DNA of 32,000 nucleotides from Zygophlyctis sp. KS116 (GCA_054661495.1 BAAFSQ010000026.1:31835-63834); one strand, 5' to 3'. Shown: positions 1 to 12,403, counted from the first letter of the stretch. Translations and numbers: made by a program. The notes: generated by a model not told the origin, from the sequence alone.

Positions 1-347
1 CCATCAACTCCGAGCCGTTTAGATTCATCGTACGCCTTTTGAGACCAGGCGCCCGTTATCAAGTAATCAATCCGCTGGTTCTTATCACAAAGTAAATTAT
101 AAATGACTGCAGAGAATTGGGCAGTAGCTCCTCCTTGCATAAAAAGAATCTCATAATTATCAGGAATGCTCAGCAAGGATTTTAAAGCTATCGTTGCATT
201 ACCAATTGTTGATAGAAATTCAGGAGACCGATGAGAGATCTCAATGATTGAAGAGCCGGTTCCACAAAAATCATCAAATTCATTCTTAATCTCTTGGATC
301 ACTACAGGGGGAAGAACGGCTGGGCCAGCGGAAAAGTTGTAGACCAT
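1..347 (-). CDS. SER1: Phosphoserine aminotransferase, 5' part (runs off the window)
   Basis: Manual translation from ATG at 347: MVYNFSAGPAVLPPVVIQEIKNEFDDFCGTGSSIIEISHRSPEF...; NFSAGPA and EISHRS are SerC/Ser1 hallmarks. Not in the ORF track. Confidence 0.95.
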   Translation of the reverse strand, partial: MVYNFSAGPAVLPPVVIQEIKNEFDDFCGTGSSIIEISHRSPEFLSTIGNATIALKSLLSIPDNYEILFMQGGATAQFSAVIYNLLCDKNQRIDYLITGAWSQKAYDESKRLGVD

Positions 348-402
348 CAAAACGAAAACTTGATAAAATCCGTTTATTCATGTTTCGGACTTAATTTTAG
401 AC

Positions 403-2366
403 TTAAAAGCCATTTATTCCCTTCTCAGCCTTTTTGCTTGGAGGACCCGATGATAATCGCATCAGAGGAGCAGTAGTTTTAGAAAATCCAATCGCCCCAA
501 TAATCATATATGCTATACTAAGTGCAACATTGATTAGTACACAGTACCAAAGCGTGGGGGTATCAAGCGCAAATCTTTTCAGAATATCAGATCCAGATGT
601 TTGACAGCCGTTAGGATTACTAGTGCATGAAACATTAAAAGTAAGACCATTGAATTCATTTTGTGCCAGAGCTTTATTTGAGAATGAAATGAATGAAATA
701 TACTGTATCCATTTAAGAGATGGAGGAGCATTTTCAAGATTCACAAACTGTCCTCCAAAAATAAGGAATACAACAATAATTAATGGGGCTATAATCTGTC
801 CTACTCTTGCTGAACGTACCCAAGAACCAATCGCAACTCCAAGTGCATTAGCTGTATGAGATTGAACAAGTATAATAAGTATAAATGTGAAGTATTTAGC
901 AACATCATTCTGAAGACCAATCATCCAGTATACAGGAAAACTCAAGATTAATGAGCCTGCATAGACCAAGGGTAAAGTTGAAATAAATTTAGACAAAAAT
1001 CCAGATATAGATCTATATGTTCCAGCAGCTCTTTCTCGTTTTATAATAATTTTCTGTTCAGGGAAAACATTAATAGTAGGCATTACAGTTCCAAAAGTTT
1101 GATTAACACAAATAAAAAACAGAACTCCCAATCTATCTTGAATTCCACTCTCTGTTAGAGGAAGACGAAAGAAGATAAATCCCATTACAATCTAAAATTA
1201 TTCATTCAAGTTCTAGTACCGTTAAAAAGACTCCTTGACCAATAGTTGCACCCAAGATTGCTTTATCACGAATCACATCCAACATTGCTCTTTTCAAGAG
1301 AATCAAAATTTCATAATAAATTGGAGAGGGCCATGCAACTTTTCCAGAAGGATTAGTCACAGATTCTTTCAAATCAGCTTTAGATGCTCTTGGTGAAACA
1401 ATTTTAGTACGTTCTTCCCATGCCTTTTGAAATAATTTAATTCTCTTTGTAGACTCTTCTTTGAATTCTGCAGTTCTTTGATCCAAAGTACTAATATCAG
1501 AGAAAAAATCTGAAGGATTTGTATTTGGAGGAATTTGAAATCCTAATTTACCAAAATGAGTCAATGCATTATCTGTTTGCCCGTACCAAATTGTTTTACC
1601 AATTGATAATAAAAGAATTTTATCCAAACATTCAATAATATCAGTTCTAGGCTGATGAATAGTCATTATAACAACAGTCTTGTGATGTTCAGCAAATTTC
1701 TTTAAAGTCTTTATAAGATTTACAGCAGTAAAAGCATCTAACCCAGAAGTAGGTTCATCCAAAAATAATATATCAGGTTCTGTTACCAACTTTTTTTTAA
1801 ACAAGTTAAAATACCTCCATTGCAATAGCAACTCTTTTTCTTTCTCCTCCTGAAATCCCTTTTGAATCCGTACTACCAATCCAAACATTTTTACAACCAT
1901 CTAGTCCCAATTCCATAATAATGTTATCAACCTTTTTAAACTTTTCCTCGGTAGACATTTTGAATGGTAAACGTAACAAGGCAGAAAATCTTAAAGTTTC
2001 AATGACTGATAGATTAGCAAACATGAGATCATCCTGTTCTACAAAAGCGCACTGAGTTCTCCATAAATTTGGGTCTCTTGGCTTTCCGTTAAATAATATA
2101 GTTCCTTCAATTTTTCCAGGTCCCAAGCGACCGGACAAACAGTTGAGTAAAGTAGACTTTCCAGCACCCGATCCTCCCATAATTCCAATCACTTGTCCCC
2201 CATAAACAGCGGCAGTATTTGCAGACAGCAGTACCTTGTCAACAGTGTTTTTCCCATCCTTGACTTGAACAGTGAAACCAACGTCATTCCATTCAAATGA
2301 TTTTCCTTGTCCAGTCATTTCAATAGCTGTGCTACCATTTATTTCGTCTTTGAGAGTCTCATTCAT
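403..2366 (-). CDS. ABCG (White-type) half transporter, NBD-TMD, 3 exons
   Basis: Walker A GGSGAGKS, signature ISGGERKR, Walker B LFLDEPTSGLD, TIHQP, ABC2 membrane domain. Introns 1790-1814 (25 nt) and 1192-1219 (28 nt). Alternative in-frame ATG at 2402. Confidence 0.93.
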
Positions 2367-2421
2367 TTTACTTAAAGATTCTGGAATTATTTTTTTTGAC
2401 ATCAAAAGCGTCAACTTTTTA

Positions 2422-3947
2422 CTACAAATATTCCTTTTTTAAAGAGACTTTACCAGTAGACTTGTCGTGGTTTAATACTCTACGCATGATATCTCTAATC
2501 TGATCTTTATTCTTGGTATTTTGCAAGATGTTTGATTTAAAATGTCCCACAATTTCTTTAACAGTAAATGCTACACTTGATCCTTTTAAAAGTTTTAAAA
2601 CATCTTCATCTACTAAAAGTCCTAAAATGTAAAAATAAATTCAATTACCTTCTTCAGACATTGGAGCAGGAGAAGGAGAATTGGCTGGAGAATTACTAGG
2701 TGAATATGCAGGAGTTCCTTGATTTGAAGGCGTACCAGAAGCCTTCTTATTCTTTGATAATTTTTTCTGTTTTTCAAGTTCACGAGCAATCACTTTAGAT
2801 GCAGAAGGAGGTGGAGGAGTACTACTTGTTTCAATTTTACGTCTCTTTTTTTCACTTCCTTCATCAGATGATATAGTATGATTAGAGTCTAATTTTTCTT
2901 GTTTAATAGCAACATCTACAGAATTAGAAGAGTAGGAACTAGAAGATTTTAATTTTAAAAGTGCTGCTTCAGCTTCTCCCATATTAGAATCTAAAGTTTT
3001 CTTTTTAACAACAAAATCTGATAAATCAAATCTTTCTTGTTTTATACTTGCTTGACTAAATTCATCTTCTTCCTAGAAAATTAATTTAATAAATATACCA
3101 AATCACTTATATAAGGATTAGATTCATCAAATAATCCATCATAAACATCATTTTTTTCTATTTTTGTAAGAGACATTGTTAAAGATTTTTCCAGTTTACC
3201 CACTTTTCTCTCTTCTTCTTCAAAATCTGAATCCTCTTCTCCCAATAGTGCATGTTTTCCAGCTCTTCCATATTGTCTATGACTTGCTTCTCGTGCTTCT
3301 TCTTTATCTTCAATCCCAAAATCTACTTCTTCATCATCAGCAAATTCCTCTTCAAAGTCCAATTCTTCAGTGTCTCTCTTTTTCCCCTTGTTACTCTTTT
3401 TCTTTTTAATATTTTCTTCTTGAGAATTGTTTGATTCTTTTTTAATCCTCATCATCCATCTATCTGACGGTTTCTGAGCAAAAGTCCCAATTTTCTCTTC
3501 AACCTCTTCAAAACTTAATTTTTGTTTTTTAAGTCTAGGAATGAATTTATATCTCTTTGAGACTGGGATAACCTTGAATCCCTCTTGAGAGAATACAAAG
3601 AGAGCATACGTAGAATTTTGAGCTTCTTGTCTAGATCCTGTAAAAGTTTTAGAATCATTTTCCAGATCAGAGAGAATCCAAGGTAATTTATCAGGATCTT
3701 TTTCTTCCTTTTCTCTAGCAAATGTTTTCCGTTTAAATGATTTCTTTGAATTTGGGGCAATTTGTGCTTCCATTTCTAATTTCTTTTCGTCCTTTTCCCT
3801 TTTTTCGTCTTCCTTGACAATAATTTCTCTCGCTAAACTTGGCGATTTTAAAGAAGAAAGGTTGAATGTGTCTGAATGTATTTTCATAATATGATGGGAG
3901 ATTGTGGGACCACAGGATTTTAATTGAAATTCCTTGAAATCTTGCAT
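2422..3947 (-). CDS. TFG1: Transcription factor TFIIF alpha subunit (RAP74/Tfg1)
   Basis: PWILSD...FTG...YALF...GFKVIPVSKRYKF core, acidic middle (ELDFEEEFADDEE), C-terminal winged-helix-like tail ending KVSLKKEYL*. Introns 3073-3098 (26 nt) and 2622-2648 (27 nt). Confidence 0.85.
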
Positions 3948-3967
3948 TTTCCTATAAAATTTTGAAG

Positions 3968-4131
3968 TCGAATTATTCACTAATGGAATTATTCACTGGA
4001 TTTATTCACTTTAGGTTTTATTAGATTTTATTAGATTTTATTAGAATTATTAGAATTTAGATCTCGTAATAATATTAGAATTATTAGATTTTATAAGAAT
4101 TATAAAGAAAATTATAAGAATTATAAGAAAA
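3968..4131. repeat. AT-rich low-complexity short tandem repeats (aattattcact, ttagatttta, aattataag)
   Basis: Repeated 9-11-mers visible directly between the STPG2 stop and the TFG1 start. Confidence 0.7.
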
Positions 4132-6279
4132 TTATAAAGGCAACAGATCTGTCAACGTTATGTTATACGTTTTTTTAATCAAAGAGTCATTGTCTACATC
4201 ATAAGCTCCAGGACCAGGAAGTGTGTTTTTGGCTCCTGGGAATCTTACAATAGAAGAGGCAAAGGAACTCTTGAAATGGGTTTTCTTTTGTAATGGTGAA
4301 GGATTGTATTCTCCAGGTCCAGGAATGTTTTCATTGACTATATTATTAAAAAGTTTTTTAAAATTACTTGTATATAAATCATGTTGTTTTTGATGAGATG
4401 ACATTATAGAAATGTTTTCTATTTTACCCTTGCTGATAAGTCTTTCAAATGCTTTTTCAGAATCATATGCATTAGGTGGTGGAACTGGTTTTAATAAGTT
4501 TTAAATACCTGGATTATGAGACTCTTTAAATCTTTCAGTTTGACTACCAAATATAGGTATATGCATTTGTGCGGCATTAAGTAAAATATTACCAATTTTT
4601 AGATTTACAGGTCCTTTTTTTAAGAGTGAAGTAATCCTTGATTCTTGAAAAGTATTAGAATCTAATTGATTTTTAATCATGGATTCTCCATTGTTAACTT
4701 GATAATAAATGTTTGTTTCTGGATTATATTGTCCCGGTCCAGGTTCATTAGTAGATAATTTGCTTTTAAATCTTTCTGTAAAAGATCCAAATGCAATAGC
4801 TGGGTTAGAACTACCAAGTTTGCTTTTTCTTTGGACAGATGATACAAGAGAATATACCTAATGTAAAATAATAAAATTTACTTGACTTAATTCATAGCTT
4901 CCTGGTGCAGGTACACTCCTAGATTTAATTGTATTGCTTTCAAATCTCTTGGTTCTGGATCCAAAAGAATTTGTTTTTGGGGATAAAGACTATTGTAAAA
5001 TGGATTTAAAAAGTACTTGGGAATTTCCTGAAACTTGAGGATAATAACTTCCTGGTCCAGGAGTTTCTAATTGTGTTGAAAATTTATGGCCTTCTATTTT
5101 TAAGTTTTTAAAGGAAATTACCGCCAAAACCAGTCTGTTTTTTTGAAGTCTTTAAAGGATTTGCATTCTTGAGTTCATATGCTCCAGGACTATGAATATT
5201 AAATTTGGAATTAAAATATACCCTGGTATTCCCTATCAATTAAAAATTAAAAATATAATACCTTTTTTACAGCGTTCAAAACTATTTCGTCTGTAAGTCT
5301 TTTACAAGGAGCCAAGGCCATCACTGCAGGTCCTCTAGACGACTGTTTTAGATATTGATCAGGACTTTCAATATCATAAACATTTGGGCCTGGTCCAGGA
5401 TGCGGCTTAAATGTTAATCTTCCCTCTCCCTTTCCGAATCTATATCCACGATTTGAATGTTTTGATTCTTCTGCAAAAGATGTTAAATATGAAGGTTCTC
5501 TATATTCTGGCTCTGCAATTGCTTTTCTTGGAATTAATTCTCCTTGTTCATCTTCTGTATACCCAAATGTAGACTGACCAATTGGAATAGATGGAGGTAC
5601 ATGTTTTCTTTTCCATGTGATTTTACTTTTTTTGGGTGGCTTCTTGATAGCCGATGCAGCAGAAGAAATTCCTCTGGCATGTTTAGCGACTAAGAGCATT
5701 TTTTTAGGATCAATAGCCTGAGCTACTTGTCTATTCTCACTTTCAACTGGTAAACTATGATTAATACTTTGTCCTTGATCCATATCATGCAGATCATGAA
5801 TATTCAAATTTTGAAATTCATCATCAATGAGAACTGGTTGTTGAGTAAGAAAATTGGACTGATTATTCAATTTTGACGATGCAGCTTGAATTGCATTAGA
5901 TCTTAATTTTAAAGACGACGGAAGGACATAACTTCCTGGACCGGGAGTATCACCGATTTTAGAATCAAATCTTGTAGCTCTTGATCTTCCAAAAAATGAA
6001 GATCTGTCTCCTCTGTGAAATGGTAATGATGGCGAATCATATGCCCCAGGAGCAGGAGTATATTTTATCAGAGTTTCAAAAGTGGACAATCTAGGAGAAA
6101 GAGAAGAGAATGGGGCATATCTAATAAATGCATTAGTAATATCAAGTATACCCAGCTTTTTTGGTATTTTTACCCCAAATCTGTCCGACATTATCAGGAT
6201 TATAACTTCCAGGACCAAGTTTTGGATTTGCATGATCTAGATCTGACATTAAAAACAATCTTTCTGCTCTTGAATACAT
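4132..6279 (-). CDS. STPG2: Sperm-tail PG-rich repeat (SHIPPO-repeat) protein, STPG2-like axonemal protein
   Basis: N-terminus MYSRAERL...LGPGSY...YAPFSSLSPR, KITWKRKHVPPSIP..FGY motif and many PGPGxY repeats. Introns at 6121-6151, 5233-5261, 5190-5221, 5094-5121, 4990-5016, 4858-4881, 4485-4508 and probably 4338-4367. Confidence 0.85.
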
Positions 6280-6315
6280 TTTTATTTAAGAAAGAAGGGA
6301 CAGTAAGATGACGTT

Positions 6316-6638
6316 TCACGGAAACCACTCATGATCACCAAAACTCGTAGACATGATGCAACTGAGCTTTTTCATTTTACAGACCATTATCGGACATGTT
6401 CCATCAGTCTATAATTTAGTAAATTTAATATTACCGATAATGGAAGTGGGTCTCCCAAACATTCTTTCCATCCATCCGCATCTTGAATCTTACATGAGCA
6501 CATTCCCAGTTTATCAATAATGCATTTAATAGACTTTTGCGATCCATAAATTGTAGTAATTGGAGCCTTGTAGTAGCCACAAGTACCTTGATTTAACGCA
6601 TAGACTAATTGTAGACATAGTAGAACGGGTAATTTCAT
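6316..6638 (-). CDS. Small secreted cysteine-rich protein (~98 aa)
   Basis: Signal-like MKLPVLLCLQLVYA (alternative ATG 6647). Intron 6409-6434 (26 nt) joins to TDGTCPIMVCKMKKLSCIMSTSFGDHEWFP*. Eight Cys after the signal peptide. Confidence 0.6.
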
Positions 6639-6715
6639 TAATTCCATTGTCGGAATCCTATAATTGATTAGAAATACTATTTGGAAATCTCAAAGAAAAA
6701 TCAATAATGATGTAT

Positions 6716-7127
6716 TTAATAAGGATCATTCCAATACTCCTGATCGTAATTTTCAACCAGATTAGAATTAGAGCAATACAATTGTCCAAAATGCTGAAAA
6801 CCACCTCTAAGCACATTAATTTCCTGAGATGGAGATTTAATTTCATTGTATCTATTAGCACATTTTGGGCCTCGGACTTGAGATAAACTACATCTTAGAT
6901 CTAGAAAATTACGCACAATGGAATATGATGATTTTTACATCTTTAAGCTCATTATAATACTCTTGGATTCTGTCCATAAATTCATGAGATGGGATATTTC
7001 TCGCTTGAATAATATTTCCAAAAGGATAATCATCGCCTCTAACATCAATAATTAAATAGTCTTTCCCAACAACCATTGATTGATCTAATATGATGTCGGC
7101 AAGATCGTTTGGAGAAATATATTTCAT
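6716..7127 (-). CDS. YCH1: Cdc25-like rhodanese-fold phosphatase/arsenate reductase (Ych1/Ibp1/Acr2 family)
   Basis: IIDVRGDD, and HCALSQVRGP (HCX5R) after removing intron 6888-6912 (25 nt); VLRGGF. Confidence 0.9.
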
Positions 7128-7178
7128 TTTGATCTTTTTAGATTTATATTAACCTAAAACGATGATCTTACAAACGAT

Positions 7179-8354
7179 TTATTTCTTGCCGGTTCTCTTT
7201 TTAAATATGCTCGAGTCTGAAAGAATCAAATTAATTGATTCAAGACTATTTGTACATGATTCTTCAATCTGAAATTGATTATTTGGTTCAATCTTTAGAG
7301 TTGGTGTTCCAGATTTCTGAAAATAGTTTGCAGCATCATTGTTCAGATTTACTGGAGTTTTAAGAATTGAGGGTATTGGAGACCATAACGGCCTAATTTT
7401 AGAAAATACTGGATTTGAAATTTTGTCCGAAAACCAAGGATGTGATTCGATTTGATCTGCTCTTAATCTTTCCAAAGGATTAACTTTTAAAAGGTTTGCG
7501 ATCAAATCTTTTGCATTTTGACTTATAGAGTCCCAAAATGGTGAAAGAAATTCAAAAACTCCAAGACGAATTTTATCTGCCAAATTACCTTTTTCATCTT
7601 CATAAAATGGAGGATACGCTACTAGTAATGTAAATAGTAAACATCCCAATGACCAAATATCCACTTGTAATGAATAAAGTTTTTCTTGTAATAATTCTGG
7701 AGCAGCATAGGCAAAGGTGCCACAAGGAGTTGAAGTATTTTGATTTTGAATGATTTTAGATAATCCAAAATCTGCAATAACTACTCCAACATTTTGAGAT
7801 TTAATATCAATACTAGAAACTAGTATATTTTCTAATTTCAAATCACGATGAACAATTCCTTTTTGATGAATATATGAGACCGCAGAACATAGCTGATGCA
7901 TTATACTTCTTGTAATAAATTTAATTTTGAGGATACCTACAATAAGTCTCATTAAACTATAAATTATTGTAAAAATTAAATACTGGACCATGATAAGTCA
8001 CCAACTGAAAGAGATCTCCCAACGGATAATACGGAAATACCAAAATCTTGGTTCCGTCTAAACAATTTTGATAATCTATCAATTGTACAATATTCGAATG
8101 CTTTAATTTCCTTAGAATATTCACCTCATTGAGAATATACTTATCCTTGAATTATAATTTCAATAAAATACGATTGATCTCAACTTTTTAACAACAACTC
8201 TTTCATCATTTGAATTTGCAACCCAAATCTCTGATTCTTCTACTGATCCTATTACATTGATTCTACAAGATTTAGTAGAACAGTCTCTATCATTATCCCA
8301 TTATTTATACTCTTTTAATTGCGCAATCAACTCAAATCTATAGACTTTTTCCAT
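7179..8354 (-). CDS. CAMK-group Ser/Thr protein kinase
   Basis: HRDLKLEN, DFG, TPCGTFAYAAPE, DIWSLG, PFWDSISQNAKDLI. Introns 8287-8310, 8146-8171, 7957-7983, 7909-7936. The 5' end is less certain. Confidence 0.85.
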
Positions 8355-8365
8355 AAGTATAAATC

Positions 8366-8994
8366 TTATTTATTAGTTTCTTTACTTTCCTTTTCCTCCA
8401 ATTCAGCATTATGCTTTTTAGAATCTTCAAACTGATCTTTAAACTTGTTTGCATCTATTAAACATTAATAAAATATTTTATACTTTCTGTATTTGCAAAT
8501 CTGATTGCCAATAATTCTGGTTTTGCTTCTCCTTCAGAAAAGTCTGCAAGAGCAGAATAAACCCAAGATCTATCAGATCCCACATTCATAGATAGAGTCA
8601 TGTCCAATGTAACTTTTTATTAAAAGATGTAAAACTTACTGTAATGATTAGCACAAATCTTGTGAGTCTTGTCCCTTCGCATCAACAATCTAATTTTAGT
8701 CGAGACTTTATGTTTTAAAAACTTGACATCTCCAGTTCCTCGTTCTTTCCATTCATTTGTAGACTTGTCAAAACGAAACATTTTAGCTCTCATTTTAAAA
8801 ATCGTTTCTTCATCTTCCTCAAATGTTTTAATATCGTCCAATTGCTCTAATTTAACGACTGGTTCAAATTCCACTTCAGGCGAAGGTTCGACTTCTTCCT
8901 CCTTGTCTTGTGATTCTTTGACAGGCTCTTGTTTGTCATCCTTGACTTGTTCAAGAGGCTTTTTATCGACAATTTCTTGCACTTTTTCAGTCAT
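8366..8994 (-). CDS. YRB1: Ran-binding protein 1
   Basis: RanBD1 motifs [38 protein letters not shown]. Introns 8613-8639 and 8455-8483. Confidence 0.95.
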
Positions 8995-9082
8995 AACTTG
9001 ATCCTTGGCCTAGACTCTGTAAACTCTGACTCTTTCAGTCCGTTGTCTCTCAAGACTAGTAGAAATAAAAATTATAAAATAA

Positions 9083-9660
9083 TCATGAGTATTTCCAATC
9101 ACTAAACGATTCCAGAATTTTAAACCGTGAATCCAAAGTTTTAGAATCAGCCGATTTCTTTTTTACTAGAATCAGTCCTGGAATCAATCCAATCAGTTTT
9201 GATAAACGTTGATTGTCATCGTCCAAATGATAAGTAGGAGATAAATGACGTACCATGTGATATAATCCATCAGATGTATCACAAAATAATACTTGATTAG
9301 GATTCAGTCCGGATGAATACAGTCCAGAGGAATAATACAATGATTTAATAGCAATTTCTTCAGCATCGCAAGACACATGATGAATCAAATATAGAGATTG
9401 TGATTTTAATATTTCAATTAGAGTCGGGAGGATGGATTCTTTAAAGGCAAAATTAGGACTAGAAGAATCAAGGGATGGATTCCATACTAAAATCTTGGAT
9501 TAATTAAAGAAATTCTTACATTTCTAGCAGCGATTGATGTTTTAGATTTGGACAATCTTTTTCGGTAAATGGCTGTTAAGAGTTTAAAGAGTTTGCCTCC
9601 AGAGTACAAGACAACAAGTAATAAAAGACTCTTTAAAATTCTATTCAAAACTGAATTCAT
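9083..9660 (-). CDS. PEX22: Peroxin 22-like protein (plant-type PEX22) with N-terminal membrane anchor
   Basis: ATG 9660: MNSVLNRILKSLLLLVVLYSGGKLF (TM). Intron 9494-9519. C-terminal LYLI...GL..NQVLFCDTSDGLYHMVRHLSPTYHLD resembles, from memory, the plant PEX22 motif VLFCST..G..FVRQL.P..HID. Confidence 0.65.
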
Positions 9661-9669
9661 AAAAATTCT

Positions 9670-11382
9670 TTAGTCGCCGTGAATAAATGCCATCAAATCA
9701 GCAATTTCTGGTCTTTTTGATGATTTTCTAGAAAGCATCATTTGTGCTAATTTTATAATTCCAGGGGATAATTCAATCTTGTTTTCTTTAAATATTTTTG
9801 GTAATGAGTGAGGATCCAAGATTTCTTTTTCGTTTCCTAGAAATTTCTCAAGATCTATAGGAAATCGAGTCTGGAAAATTATTGATAGTAACAAGACTCC
9901 AATTGAATAGATTTCTTGAAGTTCTGGTGAAAAAAAGTTTCCCGTTCGGACTTCTGGTGATGCATAGAATATTGTTCCTGCAAATTCTGATGCAGGGATA
10001 AGATCAGTAGAAATTTGACGGCAAGAGTCCAAATCTATAAGTTTGACATTAAGAGTTTCTGAATTTATAAGTATATTACTATCCTTGATATCATTATGGG
10101 TAAATCCCAAGGTTTGAAGATCAGAAAGTCCTTGAATTACGCCAGAAAATATATTCATGATTTCTGATTCCGTTAATGGTTTTTTTCTTTTTTTTAAATA
10201 AGCAAGTAAATCAATCCATTCTGATCCTTCATCTTGTGTAACTAGTGCCCATGTTTTTTCAAAGTGAAAATGATCTATATATTTTATAAATAAGGGATTT
10301 GAGCGATCTTCTTCTGGATTATTTAGAATTTTTAAAAGGAAAATTGAGACTGGTAATTTACCAATATAGTTCCATGATTTGATTGAAGTTTCTTCAACAA
10401 TTTTTATAATCACTGGTAGAGAATCAATTTTAGATTCTCCAGAGTAAATCTTTCCTTGGGTTCCACGACCAATGGTTTTATTCATCTAAAATTTAAAAAT
10501 AAAGAATACAGTATATCGGAGATTGAAATCAGCCATTGTTTTCACCAATTTTCTAGCTCTAGATCCGTCATTTTCTTCTACCCATCTCATATTCTTTAGT
10601 AGTCCAGTCAATTTTGAATTGATTCTTGTAAGAACTGGTAATTGTTTCTTGACATCTTCATCTGATGCATTAGACACTGAATTCCTTCTAGAAATTGAAT
10701 TACTACGTAAAGGTAATTCATGACCACTTAGATTTGAAAGATCTTTTGTTGTGGCTCTTCGGAGTAGATCAATAGAGAAATTAGCCTTTTTTCCTTCATA
10801 ATTTGAATTTGAATCAATAGTAGATCCATTATTATTTGAAGGATCAATTGGAGACTGCCCTTTTTTTCCAATTCCACTTGCAGCTCCACTAATCGAGTTT
10901 TGACGCTTGATTTCTGACGTTTTCCTTTCAATGTCAAACTTCTTGTCTTGGATAGATTTTCGAGCAGAATCATTAACTGAAGAGTCTCTTACATTATCAG
11001 TAGGCAATTTCTTAAAGCTTACATTATCTGAAGGCAATTTCTTAAAGCTTTCATTATCTGAAGGCAATCGCTTCCCAGAATCATCTAATCCTTTTAGTTT
11101 CCGTTTAGAAAACAAGTCCGAATCTGATAGATCATTTCCGGGCAGCTTCTTATCTGAATCGTTTTTCTTATCCTGATTGCTCTTCTTTGAATATTCAGAG
11201 GCAGAATCTCTATCCATTGGCAGACGCCTTGAACTATCATTAATAGATAATCGCCTTTGAAAATCATCTGCTAAACCTCTTGGCTTCCTTTTAGTAAAGT
11301 AATCAGAGTCTGAGAAATCAGATGTAAGCGTTGTATCAGTAGCATTCTGTATTCCACTTTGAACATTGTTTGGAGTTGACAT
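9670..11382 (-). CDS. Divergent Ser/Thr kinase (PIM/PASK-like) with long low-complexity N-terminus
   Basis: ORFs 10486-11382 and 9670-10485 are joined by intron 10486-10509 (24 nt). GRGTQG loop, VIIK, HNDIKDSN, LIDLD, GTIFYASPE. Confidence 0.8.
11001..11068. repeat. 30-bp coding tandem repeat (KKLP[ST]DN[VE]SF, ~2.3 copies)
   Basis: aggcaatttcttaaagctt(a/t)cattatctg repeated with a period of 30. Confidence 0.85.
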
Positions 11383-11447
11383 CTCAATTGTTTATGTGTG
11401 ACGAGAGCGTAAACACTGAAAATGAGATTAGTCTTTTTGACATCAAT

Positions 11448-12403
11448 CTATTCAAAATGATTTGGTAATATATATGATATCTTTGATACCATTTCAGCAC
11501 TTCTTTTTTCCTTTGATGTAATGATAGAATTCATATTGCTTCCTCGGGACGTATTTATAGCATTGAATGAACCAGTATCAATTGCTTCTTCTAAAACAGG
11601 TAACACCTTTAGTAATATCTTTTGAGCATTATTAGAATTTGCTGATAAGTTTGCAACGACTGCTTGAACTGAAACAGCCTCTTCAGTCTCTTTCCAACAA
11701 TCATAATCAGTAGCCATACAAATCTATCCTTTAATAATGATTAAATACCATTTGATAGACTATTTCAGCTTCTCTCGCAAGCTTCGCTTCAGGAAGAGCA
11801 GACATATTAATTATATCTGCACCCCAAGATCTATACATGTGAGACTCTGCTCTAGTTGAAAAAGCAGGACCTTCCATGACAACTATTTTTGTGAAACTAA
11901 TAAAGAATACCCAGTGTTTTATCTTTATGAAATGAAATACCTTCAATTTCCAAATGATGAGAAATAATACTTGCCAACTCTGGACAAAAAGGATCAGCAA
12001 ATCCAACATGTGCCACTACTCCATTCTCAAAGAATGTACTCGGACGAAATCCTTTAGTCCGATCAATAAGTTGAGATGGAATTACAAAATCTCTTGGAGC
12101 AATCTCTTCTCTTAATGATCCAACGGCAGAAAAAGAAAGAATCACTTCTACACCCAAATGCTTTAATGCAGCAATATTTGCTCTTGCATTAACTTCAGAA
12201 GGATTTTGATAATGTCCTCTCCCATGTCTAGCCAAAAATGCCACTTTATGACCAAGAGGAGATTTGCAAACAATTATATGATCAGACGGGAATCCCCATG
12301 GTGTCTCTGGATACAGCTCTTGAAGAACTTCAAATCCATCTAAATGATATAATCCAGAACCTCCAATAACAGCGATTGTAATCTTTTCATCCCAGAGCGT
12401 CAT
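11448..12403 (-). CDS. MEU1: S-methyl-5'-thioadenosine phosphorylase
   Basis: [57 protein letters not shown]. Introns 11883-11910 and 11724-11748. Confidence 0.95.
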
